From contig NC_058131.1 of assembly GCF_016433145.1 (NCBI RefSeq), forward strand, positions 714,479,988 through 714,543,987: a stretch of DNA of 64,000 nt, given 5' to 3'. Of this stretch, positions 25,953 through 39,400 are shown one piece after another (the stretch's first letter is position 1; each line of letters begins with the position of its first letter). The stretch comes from Gracilinanus agilis (lineage: Eukaryota). Below the pieces are notes generated by a model. The model was not told where the DNA came from. It worked only from the letters and a program-made list of their open reading frames with translations, and searched no databases. The translations under genes were made by a program, and so were the position numbers.

Positions 25953-27028
25953 ATGAATTTAACTGAAAAGTTAAACAAAGATAGCAATGAACCCAAAGCA
26001 AACTAGGTATCAAATCACAAATAAAAGTTATGAATATCCAAAATGAAAATGACTCAATCTGGTGACAGAATAAAGAAACTAAAGCATTTCCTAGTTTCTG
26101 ATGAAAATCTCGAAGGATGTTCATTTATGCCAAGATATTGCGGTGAAGAAAAATGAGAAGTGTAACTTTCACCACTATCCTTGGAGTACAAGTATTCTCA
26201 GGCCTCGGCAGATGTTTAGTTCCTATTATTCGGAGGATTCTTTCATTCCCAAACCTAGTGAAAGGGAGTGTGTCTAGCAGAATTAAATACAGTTTCCTGT
26301 ATTGGAGAAGACTGCAATGGACTTAATGAAGTGCGTCATTCACATGGTGGACCCGGCTAATGAATGCTTTCCCTGTTGTTCTGGGGAGGCATCTGAATGA
26401 GGCCAGTCTGATTCTGGATCACTGAATCCGTATGGAAATGAAAATTGTTTGTACGAGGACAGCGTCCTTTCTTTTGGCTTTAATATTAAAGAGGCAGGAC
26501 TCTTCCATTTTGCTGTCTGTTGCAGGAATCCAGTGAGGAATGTTAAAATTGGATGAGGGATTATTTGTCTTTCCAGTAGACACCTGATAATATCACATCT
26601 TCCTAGGTTGTCAAACAAAAGTTTGAGTGTGTGTGTGTTTCTTCCTGTTGTTATCAGTGAGAATACTCAGAGTTATAAGGGGACAAATTTGACAATCTTT
26701 CTTCATGATTTTTTCATTGATTTTTGTTCTGCCAAGCAAAGGTAGACAAATTACTCATGTTGTTCTCTTAGCATGGAAACCTTCAAAGCAACAGGATGGC
26801 ATTCCTCCTTCCAAATTTTCAAATGAATCAAAAAAAATTCTTATTAATTGTTTTCTGTGTGCTAGGCACTGTGGTAAACACTGGGGATATAAATGAAAAT
26901 AAAAGCAAAGAAGTCAGCCTTGCCTTCAAAAAGCTTACATTCTAATAGGGAAAGACAAAAATGAAGGGAAGCTAACAAGAAGATGGAGGGTACACAAGAG
27001 GCAACATTATTTGGAAATGGCAAGCCAA

Positions 27029-28004
27029 TTTTTTGTGTGTGATTTGAAAATAATAATTTACAAATTTTTTATGGTTACATGATTCATATTCTTTCCTTCC
27101 CCTCCTCCCACCCCCTCCCATAGGCAATGAACAATTCCACTGGGTTTTACATGTGTCATTGATCAAGACTTATTTCCATATTATTAATATGTGCATTAGG
27201 GTGATTGCTTAGAGTCTACATCCCCGGTCATATCCCCATCGAACCATGGGATTGAGCATTTTTTTTTCTTTCTGTGTTTCCACTCCCATAGTCCTTTCTC
27301 TGGATGTGGATAGAATTCTTTTTCATAAGCCCCTCAGAATTATCTTGGATTATTACATTGCTGCTAGTAGAGAAGTCCATTACAATCAATTGTGCCACAG
27401 TGAATCCATCCCTGTGTATATGATTCTCTTGGGTTCTGCTCTTTTCACTCTTCATCAACTCCTGGAGGTCTTTCCAGTTCAAGTGGAATTCCTCCAGTTC
27501 ATTATTACTTTCAGCACAGAAGTATTCCATCACCAATGGATACCATAATATTTTCAGCCATTCCCTAGTTGAAGGGCATCCTCTCATTTTCCAATTTTTT
27601 GCCACCACAAAGAGCGAAGTTATGAATATTTCAGTACAACACTTTTTCCTTATCTCTTTGGGGTATAAACCCAGCAGTGGTATGGCTGTGTAAAAGGGCA
27701 GACAGTCTTTTAGAGCTCTTTGGGCATAATTCCAAATTGCCTTGCAGAATCGTTGGATAAATTCACAACTCTACCAGCAATGCATTAATGCCTAATTTTG
27801 CTACATTCTCTCCAATATTTATTACTTTCCTTTGCTCTAATTTTAGCCAATCTGATAGGTGTGAGGTGGTACCTCACAGTTGTTTTGATTTGCATTTCTC
27901 TAATTATAATGAGAACACTTTTTCATGTACTTATTGATAATTCTGATTTATTTATCTGAAAATTGCCTATTCCTGTCCCTTGCCCATTTATCAATTGGGG
28001 AATG
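27029..28004 (-). mobile_element. 5'-truncated LINE-1 (ORF2 C-terminus plus 3'UTR)
   Basis: The minus-strand ORF at 27228-27608 matches the L1 ORF2 C-terminus (VAKNWKMRGCPSTREWL...EEFH). TSD core GGCAAGCCAA at 27019-27028 and 28005-28014. Confidence 0.92.
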
Positions 28005-29344
28005 GGCAAGCCAAAATTTTGCCTGTCAGAGCCCAAAGTCTCATGAGTTGAGTTCTAATTCTGATGGGAATAGGATAAAGAGGATGGCCAGAAAATAGGC
28101 AGGATGGTTTGGTTCATTTTTCCAAAAAAGTACTAATCAAGATTTCAATACTTTTCATCAAACAACCTCCAGGGCTCATTGTTTTTCTGTGTGGACCAAT
28201 GGGAAAAAAGGATGGATTTGGAATGTGAAGATATGGCTATGAATCCTAACTGTGGAGATGTAACTAGGACAGGATGACTGGGTCTTTTGTCCAAGGTGCT
28301 ACACATAACATATAATGTTTCAACAATGCATAAAGAAAGATTGAAGTTTAGCATCTAGTTAATGAGAAAATTTAATAAAACTAGTAAACTAGCAGGCAAC
28401 AGTTTAGGGTGAGCCCCTCATATATGTGATCTTGATTTTCTTTGCAACAAATTTGTGTAGCTCCTCCAACAATAGATTTGTGTTGAATGTCTGGTCTGAC
28501 CCTCCCACACTCAAACACATAAACACACAAATTTGTTGTTATTTTTTTTCTGTTACATGGAAAGTCACTTGCTTGGGTTTGAGTAATTGTCCTGGGTACA
28601 CAAATTCTTGCTGGTAGCTCTGCTTAGCTTCCCATCTCTATAGGAAAGTGGAATAATTTCTATGGGTTTCATTTTCCTCATCTGTAAAATGAGGGGCTGA
28701 GACTAGATTGACCTTCAGTGTCCCTTTGTGCTGTAGTTCCTTGATTTAACATACCCTTGGGATTCAGGTTCTTGGAAATGAGAAAGTTTGAGTGTATGAT
28801 CTCATATATTCCTTCCACCTCTAAATTTATATCATACAATGACCCTAAAGGAGAACCTAGAAAAAAATACTTGATACAGGTCATCTTATTATTCCAAAGC
28901 TGTGTTCTAGGTGTCTGTCACATCTAATTGGAGCCATTATTTCTGTGCTGAGTTTGCCAAATGGCTGTTAAAGAAAGACTAAGAAACAGAGGAAATATGT
29001 TTGGGTTAACACTCAGGTTAAGAAAGAGCCTTCATTGATTTTACACCTCCAATCATGCTACTATGTTACAACAGTTTCATCAAGGGCTCCCTCTCCCCTG
29101 CAAGTTAAATTCCAGATCCTAAGACTTAAATTTAAGGACTTCTTTAAACCATTTTCCAGGCTCATACATTTTATTCTCATTCATTCATTTTTATTATTAT
29201 TTCAATCCAACCAGACTTTTGGCAGGTCCCTGTAAATTTCAATCCATCTCCATCCCCTTGTCTATGCAAAGATGGACCCTCAAATCTGATATATAATCCT
29301 TCTCAACTCTACCTCATGGCAGCCTTAGATATATGCAAATACTC

Positions 29345-29503
29345 ATTAACAGAGAAGTGAATAGATGAATAGATTAATGAATGAAGAGATAATAAATTAA
29401 GAGATAGATAGATGAATGAATGGATAGGTGGATAGATGGATAGATAGATGAATAGGTTTATAGTATAGAGAGAAAGAGATAGATAGCTAGAAAGCTCGGT
29501 GGC

Positions 29504-29536
<33 letters not shown>

Positions 29537-29620
29537 TAAATAGATAGACAGATAGGCAGACAGACATAGACAGATAGGCAGATAGATAGATGAATAGATA
29601 AACAGACAGATAGAAGACTT
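29345..29620 (+). repeat. Complex (GATA/GACA/GAAT)n tetranucleotide repeat
   Basis: Direct reading; perfect GATA run at about 29503-29535. Confidence 0.95.
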
Positions 29621-29777
29621 GAATAGATACTTTGTATGATCATAGATTTAGAGATTTAAGGAATGTTTATTGAGTCCATCAAATATGAACCCTTTTTTTG
29701 AAATTAGAAAAAATGAGGCTCCAGAGGGTAAAATGACTTGTCTAAAGAATCCTGGCCTTCTGTACTCAACTCATTAC

Positions 29778-29817
29778 TGTAACAATAAAGGGAGCCTGTA
29801 ACTGATATTTGATTGAT

Positions 29818-29866
<49 letters not shown>

Positions 29867-30396
29867 TGAGAGTGTGTCTATCTAGGTGAGTCTCTCTTCC
29901 AGAACTCCCCCAGAGCCAAATATACACTGGTAGATTTTAAGGGGTTGTCACCCTGAAACTGGGTGATCTGGATGGTGATGTCACACCTCAGGAGTTGGGG
30001 GTGAGGCTTCCCTAGAAGACAAGGTATGTGGTACCCCAATCCAATTCTGAATAAGAACAGGGTTCACACAAACCTCCCCCCCGTCATTTAATTTCACAGT
30101 GGGTGGTCTGGCTTCAAGATGGAGGCAGCCAGACCAAGCTGTGCTTCCCCTCTCCCTTGTTGTCTCTCAGGCACTCTGGAACACTATCTGACTGATGAAT
30201 GGCTTTTATTATTCACAATTCAAGGATTGGGGAAAGAGTTGAAGGTTAGAGGGATTTGGGGGTGCCCTCTTCACTATTGCTATGGGGTCCATCACTAGGG
30301 TGGGGTCCATCACTAGGGTGGGATCTCTAGAGGTTCCCACACCTAAGATCCTCCCCTCACTCCTTCTCCTTCAGTTTCTATTTCTATCCTTTTCTA
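29778..30396 (-). mobile_element. Probable older LTR-like element abutting the 30401 LTR; boundaries uncertain
   Basis: Begins TGTAAC, has a minus-strand AATAAA at 30205-30210, an internal (GA)n and an 18 bp tandem duplication. GC content is above the flanks. Confidence 0.4.
29821..29872 (+). repeat. (GA)n microsatellite
   Basis: Direct reading. Confidence 0.98.
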
Positions 30397-30400
30397 TAAT

Positions 30401-30784
30401 TGTAAGGTTTGACTAAAAAAGGGTCTCTCAGCAAGGCTGGATAATGGGAGAAGGAGACTAAGAGATTGCTCCCAAAATGGAGTCCAAAAACTTAGCTGAC
30501 TGTATGGTTGAAGGCTTGATGAGTGAGATGCAATGGAATCTTTGACCAGGGGATCAGGGTTTCGGTATCCAAAGAAAGATCCTCAGGAAGCCCTCAGGAC
30601 TGGATCTGAGCTGGGATGTCCTCCTTTTTTCTCCTCATAGTCCTCCACCAGAAGGCCTCTCCTCTTCCTCTTTTCTCTGAAGAATCTCCCATAATTCCCT
30701 CTGATTTCAATTGTCAGCAACTTTCAGCAACTCCTTTTCTGGCTCCTTTTGTCCCATCCCTCTTGCACAAATCACATCCTTACA
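30401..30784. mobile_element. Short solo LTR (384 bp)
   Basis: Perfect 7 bp terminal inverted repeat TGTAAGG...CCTTACA and near-TSD TAAT/TACT. Confidence 0.65.
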
Positions 30785-32385
30785 TACTCATTCTCTTGCT
30801 CTATTATTTGAAAGTATAAATCCACAGTACTCTATTGTATTAGTGCATACTCTGTTGGATGCTATCCTTGATTGAACTGCAAATTCATGCAAATAAGATA
30901 TCATCAAATTTAAGAGATTCATGAATTGTTTGGAGCCCATGAAAAACAAAAAAAAAATTTTTTTCCCCCAAATTCTCTTAAAGATGACTACAATTTCAGC
31001 AAAGTGTTTTCCCACAAGTATAAGCCCTCTGCTAAAGCAGTAGCAAACATGCCAGAATGAAGCCTTTTATTCTGGATTCCCAGTGTCTTCTAGAAGTAAG
31101 ATTGTGTAAGAGATTCTAACCAAATCCTTGGTGAAGATGAGTATGTAGATAAGTTTGTTTAGGAATTTAAAAAAAAAGGGGGATCACTCCTCAGCCTCTT
31201 GGCTACAGTCTGTTCTTATAAACATAAGCTGCTAAGAAACATTTGGCTCTGGAATACACAGGCCAGAATAGTCACATTAAAGGAGATCATAGCAAGTGCA
31301 TTTAAAACATGAGGCTTTGAGCCTTGTATTTGGGAATGTAGCCAATGTAGGGATTGGTTTTGCTTGATTACACATATCTTTCGCAGGGCTTTTCTTCTTT
31401 AAATGGGGTGGGGGTTAGAGATGAGAAAGAGTCTAACTAAATGTTTATAAGTTGCAATTAAAGAACGCATTTTCCAGTCATTTTCTATAAAAGTCAACCT
31501 ATCAATCAACATGTATTTTTTCAGATAGTTTTCTTTAACATGCTGCTCAGGTAATAATATCTTCTTACTGATATCTTTCTTGATGTCCCAAGTGCTTTTA
31601 TTCTCTCTCCCAGATAACTTTTATTTGATTACTTGGTATATATTTGTATTCATTAACTTTAATTCTATGCTATGTATACATATATGATTATTTGTTACCT
31701 TTATTAGAATATAAATTATTTGAGAATAGGGATAATTTAATTCATTTTACTTGTTTTCTCTGTGGCCCATAGTAGGTATATTGATTGATTGTTAGAGTGA
31801 TGCTAGACCTCTGCTTCCCTTGAACATAGCACTTTAGGAATGTGTCCTTCCTAGAGTAAGCAAGCATGACCCAAGGAGGAAATTTAACAGAAGGATAAGA
31901 AGAAAGGATTTTTTGGAGGGTGTAGAAAGGAGGGAATTAAGGTAACTACTATACCCTGAGGACCTCTAATTCTGACATCATTGGCATCTGCTGACTAGTA
32001 CTATATTCAACTGCTTCACTGGATTTAACATCACAGGTACTTTCTGGATCTCTCACTCCCTTTCTTTATTGAATCAATGTATATAGTGGCTAGAGAGCTA
32101 GATTTCAAGATGGGAGATCTCATTCAAATCATGCCTCAAATACATTCTAAATGTTAAGCTCTCTCAACCTTAGTTTCCCATCTGTAGAATGGAAATAATA
32201 ATAGCAACTAACTCCAAGTCCTGTTGAAAGTATCCATTGTGATACAAAGTGTCCCCAAACTGTTATTGCAACTTTAATTTATTAAAGATTGTTATGATAT
32301 GCTTTGGGGGAAAACTCTATTTGTAAAGTGTTTTGCAAACTTTAAAGCTCATTATAAGTGGTAACTACTGCTATTGATCAAAGTT

Positions 32386-32418
32386 TGTGTGTGTGGGTGT
32401 GTGTGTGTGTGTGTGTGT
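32386..32418 (+). repeat. (TG)n microsatellite
   Basis: Direct reading. Confidence 0.97.
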
Positions 32419-32514
32419 AATATGTGTGTATAGTGCATGTATATATAGTATGCATAATATATATGTATATATTAATTTAATTCTCTTTATACATGTGGTT
32501 TATGCCAAGTAGAA

Positions 32515-33790
32515 CTTTTTGAAAATTTTCTAGATTTCATATTGATACAATTTTTTTATTTTATGACATTTTGGAATCCATGTTCTCTCCCTCCCTTCCT
32601 TTGCTCTTTCCCAAGACAGCAGATAATATGATATAGATTGTCCAAGTTTAATTGTTAAATATATATGTCCATGTTTATTGTGTTGTACAAGAAGACATTG
32701 CTTATATGGAGAAAGTTTCATGAATGAAATAATGTGAAGAAACGCATACTTCAATCTGCAATTCGACTCTATCAGTTCCTCTTATGGCAGTGGATAGCCT
32801 TTTTTGTCAGTTCCTTGCAGATTCTGTGGATGCTTATATTGCTGTAATAGTTGTCATCACAGTTGATCACAGTACATGATTTCTGTTACTTTGGAGACCA
32901 TTCATTCTCCTGGGTCTGCTGGTTTCACTTTGAATCACTTTTTATGTATTTTCAAGATGTTTTCATGATTGTCTTCTTTGCATTTCTTATGGCACAACAT
33001 TATTTCATTATAATCATTTTACATGAATCATATTAAAATCATATTAAAAATATTATAATCATATTGTAATCAGCTCATTCAGCCTTTCAATTGATGGGCA
33101 TCATTTCAGGTTCCAGTTCTATGTCAACACAAAAAGAACTGCTCTAAAGTTATTTTTGAACAAGTAGGTATTTTTCTCCTGTTTTTAATTTCTTTGGGAT
33201 AAAGATCTAGCACTGTTATTGCTGGGTCAAAAAGTTTGCAAAGTGTCATGGTTCCAAATTGATTTCTAGAATGGTTGTATCAGTTCAGAGTTCCACTAAC
33301 ATTGTATTAGTGTCCCACCTTTCCCACACCCCCTCCAACATTTGCCATCTTCTTGAGGTGTGTGATTTTTTAATGTTTGCATTTCTCTAATTAATAGTGA
33401 TTTGGAGAATTTCTCATATGACTAGATACTTTTAATTTCTTCATCTGAGAGATTCCAGTTCATAACCTTTGATCATTGGTCCATTGGGGGAATGTCTTAT
33501 AGTCTTACAAATTTGATTCAGTTCTCTATATATTTGAGAAATGAGATACTTGTCAGAGACATTTGATAGGAAACTTTTTCCCAGTTTTTAATTTCTCTTC
33601 TAATTTTGATTGTATCATTTCTGTTTGTGAAAAAAAAACTTTTTAAAAATTATGTTGTCAAAGTTATCTATTTTATATATCATAATATTCTCCACATCTT
33701 GCTTGGTAAAAAAAAATTCTTCCCTTATCCATATGTCTGACAATTTAACTATTTTATGTTACTCTATTATATCACTCTATCCATTGGCAT
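32515..33790 (-). mobile_element. Older marsupial LINE-1 3' fragment; ends approximate
   Basis: Antisense L1 ORF2 C-terminal signatures (ATTGCTGGGTCAAA, GTATCAGTT...CCACTAAC, TTTGCATTTCTCTAAT). Confidence 0.8.
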
Positions 33791-35035
33791 TGAGCTTCAG
33801 TGTCCATCACTTATTCTTTCTTCTTTGTTCCCTTCTTGCTTTACTCTTTTTTTTCTAGCCTTCTAGTTTTAGTAGTCTTCCAATTGGATGACTTTTCTCA
33901 GGTTCTTTTTTTTTTTTAAAGAAGGACCTTCTGTGCAGTTAAAGACTCCTGGGAGATGCAGGCTCCTGGGACAAGTTGCCTCCATCCCCACATTGGGGTC
34001 TATCACTCCCACCTACCCTTGCCAAAATTTGACATTAACATAAAGTCCTGGCCAGCAGATTTTACATCAGCAATTTAGGTTTCACTAGTTTGTTCAATAT
34101 CTCACCATTTGTTGGCTTCTTTCCTCAGGCTACAGTCTATTTATAAACTCTCAGTTTCAAGTTAGACATCAAGTATTTAGCTCAGAAATCTGGAGCCCAA
34201 AGATGAGAGATATGCCTGAATGGAGCAACAGGGCCAAATCCTGGGAAATTGGCCTGCATGTATGTTGGCAGCCAAAACGTTTGAAAGGCATTTCTAAATT
34301 GACAGAGATGTTGATATGCATTATAAAGCCTTCCATTTCATATGTGTTTATGCACATATGTACATGTATTTCTATATGTATGTACATATGTGTTTATGTG
34401 GATCATTTTGGATTCAGAACCAGTCTCATACTCAGAAAGATCTGCATTCAAATCCTGCCTCTCACATATACCAGCTATTGGGACCTTGGATAAGTCCTTT
34501 ACCTTCTCAGTTAAATGCTAGAAGTAGCTGGTGGGATAGTAGATAGATCACTGAGCATGAAATCAGTAAGACCTGAGGTAAAATCTGTCTTCAGACACTC
34601 ATCAGCTATGTGACCCTAGGCAAGTCCCATAACTATTGCTAGTCTGAGTTCTTTTTCAACTTATAAAATGGGGATGACAAAAGCACCTACTTCCCAAATT
34701 TGTGAATATCAAATAATATGTTTGTAAAAAGTGCTGAACATAGTACCTGGCACATATTTCCATCCTTTTAGTGCCCCCAGGCACTCCTCCATGATTCTAA
34801 GATACTGCCCTGCATTAGAACAGGCATTTTGTCCACCTTTAGCTACTCTGTACCTATAAAATCATAGGTCCTGCCTCTATTTACTATGTGTGTATTATAA
34901 AGCAAATATATCTTGATGGGTATCATCTAGATAACTACTTGTCTAGCTATCTGCTTCTCAAGGCTCTACAACATTCTCCAGACCTCAGCTTAAGAATCAC
35001 TTCTTCTACATGGTCTTTTCTGATGCTTCTAGCCA

Positions 35036-35130
35036 CTTCTCTGTCCTCTGTGTCTCTGTCTCTCTGTGTCTCTGTCTCTCAGTCTCTGTCCCTCAGTCTC
35101 TGCTTCTCTGTCTCTGTCTGTCTATCTCTT
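35036..35130 (+). repeat. (TCTCTG)n-like pyrimidine repeat
   Basis: Direct reading. Confidence 0.9.
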
Positions 35131-35149
35131 GCCCCCCATCACATACACA

Positions 35150-35360
35150 CATTGCATTAAATTTCATTTTTGTTGAGCAACTTCTCCTACGTTCATTTCT
35201 TGTTTCACTCAATAGAATGTAATCTCCTTGAGAGCAAGGACTCTGAGTTTTTACTTCAATATCATCCCTATCTCATAGCATAGTGCCTGGTACATAGGAG
35301 ATACTTAAATACCTGTGAAATGAATGAATGAGTGAATGAATGAATGAATGAATGAATATG
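35150..35360 (+). mobile_element. L2 LINE 3' end with (TGAA)n tail (other L2 pieces at about 15600-15730, 26830-26960, 36540-36900, 41570-41980 and 55530-55930)
   Basis: AATGTAATCTCCTTGAGAGCAAGGAC...GCATAGTGCCTGGTACATAG...TGAATGAATG. Confidence 0.75.
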
Positions 35361-37589
35361 TCTAAGCCTCTGTGTCCTTAACTTTCAAATGGGAGTATTG
35401 ATAACACTTGTCCCTCAAAGTTATTGTGAGGATCAAATGATTTTTGGTGTATGAAAAGGGCTTCTCAAACCTTGAGCTATTATCATGTGGAATTTTTAAT
35501 CTTCAGTAATCATGATGCTCTGCAATTCATGGCATCAGCATAAGAATGTTGGTGGTAAAAAGATGGACTTTGATGCCAGGGACCAAGTTGGGAAGATGGA
35601 AATTCCTGGCCAGTTCTCCCAGGGTCATATAAGCTCATCTCTTGTTTTTCCCCAATTCTGAACTCGGATCATTGTTCATCTCCTTTGCCTGTCCTCCCCT
35701 GAAGGGCTCGGTTGCATGGGAAGAATCTAAAGATCTATTTATTGCTGCATTGACACAGTCTGGCCAGAAGGGAAATGGCATCTGACCCAGGTCTGCTTCC
35801 CAATGAAATGACTGTGGACTGATTATCAGTTTAATCGAGGCTTGGTGGCTCTTATTATTACTGATATTACCAGATTCTATTTAACTGACTTTCTATTTCT
35901 CTAAACCCTTTCTGATTCCTCTGTTTGGATCCAGTATTTACATGTTTTAGCTAGAAATATAGGTATTGGCAGCTATCCTTTCATGGAAGTGTTTTCCAGT
36001 AGTTCTGTCCTCAAGTGGCAGGTGCCAGGAGCAAGGACTTGGCAGTGATGACTGGGCTAGCTATTTACCAAACCTTGTGGATCAGGATTGAGTTTCTTAA
36101 TCTAGAAATATAAGAAGAAAGAAAGAAAACATGGGTGAGAAACAAGATAAATGCCTTCAAAGTGACAGTTCAAAATGTTAAAAAAAGAAATATCAAAGAC
36201 ATTAAAAAAAAAAAGAAATATTCCTTTTGTACTGGAGCAGTGGCGGCTTTGTTCTGGCCACTTTAAAAACAAAAATATTAAAAACAAAATTAGATTAGAA
36301 AGAAGTTTTGTAATTCCAATGACACTTTCAGAAAGTAACATTAGGGGAATTGGCAAGAAAGAAAAGCCAGCATGAGATATCCATTTGGATCTCAGAAGGA
36401 TGACATAACATCTTGAATAGCTTTCCTTATTTCCATAGGTTTATAGAGAGTTGGGGGGACCACAGAGACCATGTAACCTACTCCCCTCGTTGTACAGGCA
36501 AAGAATAGGAGGCTCAGAAAATCAGAAAATGCTCAATCCAGTTCAACAGGCCCTTCTTGAGGCCCTACTATGGTGGGTAAAACTCTGTGCTAGGTGTTGT
36601 GGCTGTGTTCACAGGATCCTTAAAGTCTATGAGGAGAATACAACAAATTAACAGGATAAGTTGAGAGGAAGGAGTAACACTTGGATGTAGGGGATCAGGA
36701 AAAGCACATAAGCTGGCCTTGGAAGAAATTTGAGTTTCAAAGAGGCAAGATAAGGAGGAATGACAATCTAAGCATTAGAGACAGCTTGTGCAATGATATC
36801 AATTGATTTGAATTGGTGCATGAATGCCTTGGTTGGAATACATAAAAGCAAAAGGGATATAATGTTCAATAATAGTGGAAAGGTAGATTGAAGACTCATA
36901 ATAGCTATGGAAGGCAACTCCATGTTAATGGTGGCATCTGAACTTTAGAAGTTTGGAAGATTTGAGTTCAGATCTAGGTTTTTTATATTTATTATTCCTG
37001 TAGCCCTGGGCAAGTCATTTAACCTCCCTAATTGAGACTTGAATAAAGAAGTTGTACTTTGTGATGTCTAAGATCTATGATCATTTGATCCAAACAAAGC
37101 TGAGATTTGGCCCTTCTAACACAGAATCTAGACATCTTCATGGACTCAGAAATACTAAAAACAAGGACCAAAATATCTTTTTATTTTTTTACCATAACTA
37201 ACTACTTGTCTTAAAAAAATACTAATGAGAAGGCATTTTCCCCCTGTGAAACACCTGAGTTCAAATCATTTAATTTTATCATGCCTCATTTTCCAAAATA
37301 GGATGTAAACCTTCATGATTAATCCCAAACCAGTAGAAATAATTTAAAATAGCCCACAGGTGCACTGATCTTTCTTATCTTAACTCATTCTTGTTGATGA
37401 GTGTTGGGTAACATTCAAGGTTGCATTTTTTCCCCTAGGGTTCAGAGGTGCTCTTTAGGAATTGGGCTGAGACTCTACCTCAACTGATTGAAGCCCCTGT
37501 GAGTGTGGTTTTTTTGCTTGAAGTGTTTCAGCTGAGAATCATTTATGAAAACAAATTAAAAAAAAACTTTGTGAAAGAGGTTTTGTTTT

Positions 37590-38022
37590 GTTTTTTGGAA
37601 ACCCTTACCTTCCATCTTAAAAAAATACTGTTTATTGGTTCCAAGGCAGAAGAGCAATAAGGGCTAGACAATGTAGAATAAGTGACTTCCTCAGGGTCAG
37701 TCAGCTAGGAAGTATCTGAGATGAGATTTGAACCTAGGTCCTCTCATCTCTAGGCTTGGCTCTCAGTCTATTNNNNNNNNNNNNNNNNNNNNNNNNNNNN
37801 NNNNNNNNNNNNNNNNNNNNNNNNNNNNNNNNNNNNNNNNNNNNNNNNNNNNNNNNNNNNNNNNNNNNNNNNNNNNNNNNNNNNNNNNNNNNNNNNNNNN
37901 NNNNNNNNNNNNNNNNNNNNNNNNCCTTCTTAGAATCAACATTGCATATTGGTTCTAAGGCAGAAGAGTGGTAAAGGCTAGGCAGTGTGGGTAAAGAGAC
38001 TTGCCCACGGTCACACAGGTAG
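37590..38022 (-). mobile_element. Two SINE1_Mdo-type SINE fragments separated by an assembly gap
   Basis: AACCCTTACCTTCCATCTTA...GATTTGAACCTAGG before the gap and CCTTCTTAGAATC...GGTCACACAG after it. Confidence 0.85.
37773..37924. other. Assembly gap (N run)
   Basis: 152 N. Confidence 1.
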
Positions 38023-38492
38023 AAAATGTCCATCTAGCAGTTCCAAGGGATTTCTAAAATGTAAGGACTGTGGGCTTGAAGCATCCCCCCAAGAGATTAT
38101 GACATATTTTCCTCCAACTACATACACAGAACAAGGAAAAGCATCTCAAGTTTAGAAAGCAACATGGCCAAAGGGAAACACTTCTGGCAGCTCATGTTTA
38201 AGCTGCCCTTTCCTTCCAGGCATAAAATGTTTATGAAGTTCCACTTCCTTAAGCCTAGAGAATCTGTGTCTATTTATTCTTGTCTCTTGTTGCAGACACT
38301 GCTGAGCTATGGTCCATGGACATTGTTTGAACACTGGGAGGAATATGGAAGTGGTGAAAATCCCCTCCACCCTTCAAAACCCTCAAAGTCTTCCCCTGGC
38401 CAAAAGGACCAGGGTTAGAGTGGAGAACTGAGGAAGGCTGAAGATAGTTTCTCTCCCTTTTCCCCTCAAAATTCCTTCACAGTAACATGAAC

Positions 38493-38727
38493 AGCAGGGA
38501 GCACAGAGAATAGAGTGCTAGTATAGTTGAGCTCATCTTTCTGAGTTCAAATCTAGCCTCAGACATTTATAAGCTGTGTGACCCTGGGCAAGTCGTTAAA
38601 CTCTTTTTACCTTAGTCCCTCATTGGAAAGGCGCTGGAGGGAAAAGTCCAACCACCCCAGTATCTCTGCAAAAACATCCCAAGTGTGGTCATGATGAGTC
38701 TAACATGACTGAAAAGAGATGACTAAA
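38493..38727 (+). mobile_element. MAR1-type CORE-SINE
   Basis: GAGTTCAAATCTAGCCTCAGAC...CCAGTATCTCTGCAAAAAC...GGTCATGATGAGTC. Confidence 0.8.
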
Positions 38728-38989
38728 TGTTTTCAAACAATATGCGAATGAGGGGCGTTTCACAACACATATTTAAGTTGTCATTCTTCAGTGTAGCAAT
38801 TTTTGAGGTTTATAAGACCTATTCATGTGTTTGCATTATTTCTTCATCTCAGAAGTTACATTTTGATTGAAAAGTTCCATTTCTCTTCGATTAATTAAAT
38901 TTTCTTTCTTATATCAAGCCTATGTTTTCCTCTTCATCACCCATTTCTTCTCATTCTGCAGTACATAAGACTAACCATGAAACAGATAT

Positions 38990-39400
38990 ATATCTCCTCT
39001 GCTTCACATAAAGACTTTTCAAATATTAAAGACAACTATCATGTCACCCACTTAGTCTTATTTTCTCCAGGCTAACCATGCAGGTTTCCTTCAAGGGATT
39101 CATATGCTGTGTGATCTTGAGGTCTTTTGTTGCTAAATTAGGTCCTTCCTACTTTAACTATTTCCTGAGAATGAGTTACTCAAGCATAGCAAAATGGCCC
39201 GGATGTTGTATTACAAGGTGGAACCAAGTGAGGCTCTTGCCTCCTTATCTTTACCACTTTTCCTCCTTTCTGATGGCCAACATCATAAGGGCTATCTTGG
39301 CTCTTGGATCCCATTGCTGATTCATCCTGAGCTTTTAGGCACAGGAAGTTCTTCAGTGTATCCACATTACATCCACTGGTTAAATTTCATCCCTTAAAAC
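38990..39400 (-). mobile_element. CR1/L3 LINE fragment (RT C-terminal region)
   Basis: Antisense of the CR1 ..YEE.LKE...FSLEK.RL.GDMI..FKY motif (TTTTCTCCAGGCTAACCATGCAGGTTTCCTTCAA). Confidence 0.65.

Noticed and set aside
38285-38355. Acceptor-like TTCTTGTCTCTTGTTGCAG followed by TLLSYGPWTLFEHWEEYGS
   Set aside because: The downstream donor is weak (GTG|GTGAAA) and the peptide is unrecognised, which is insufficient evidence for an exon.
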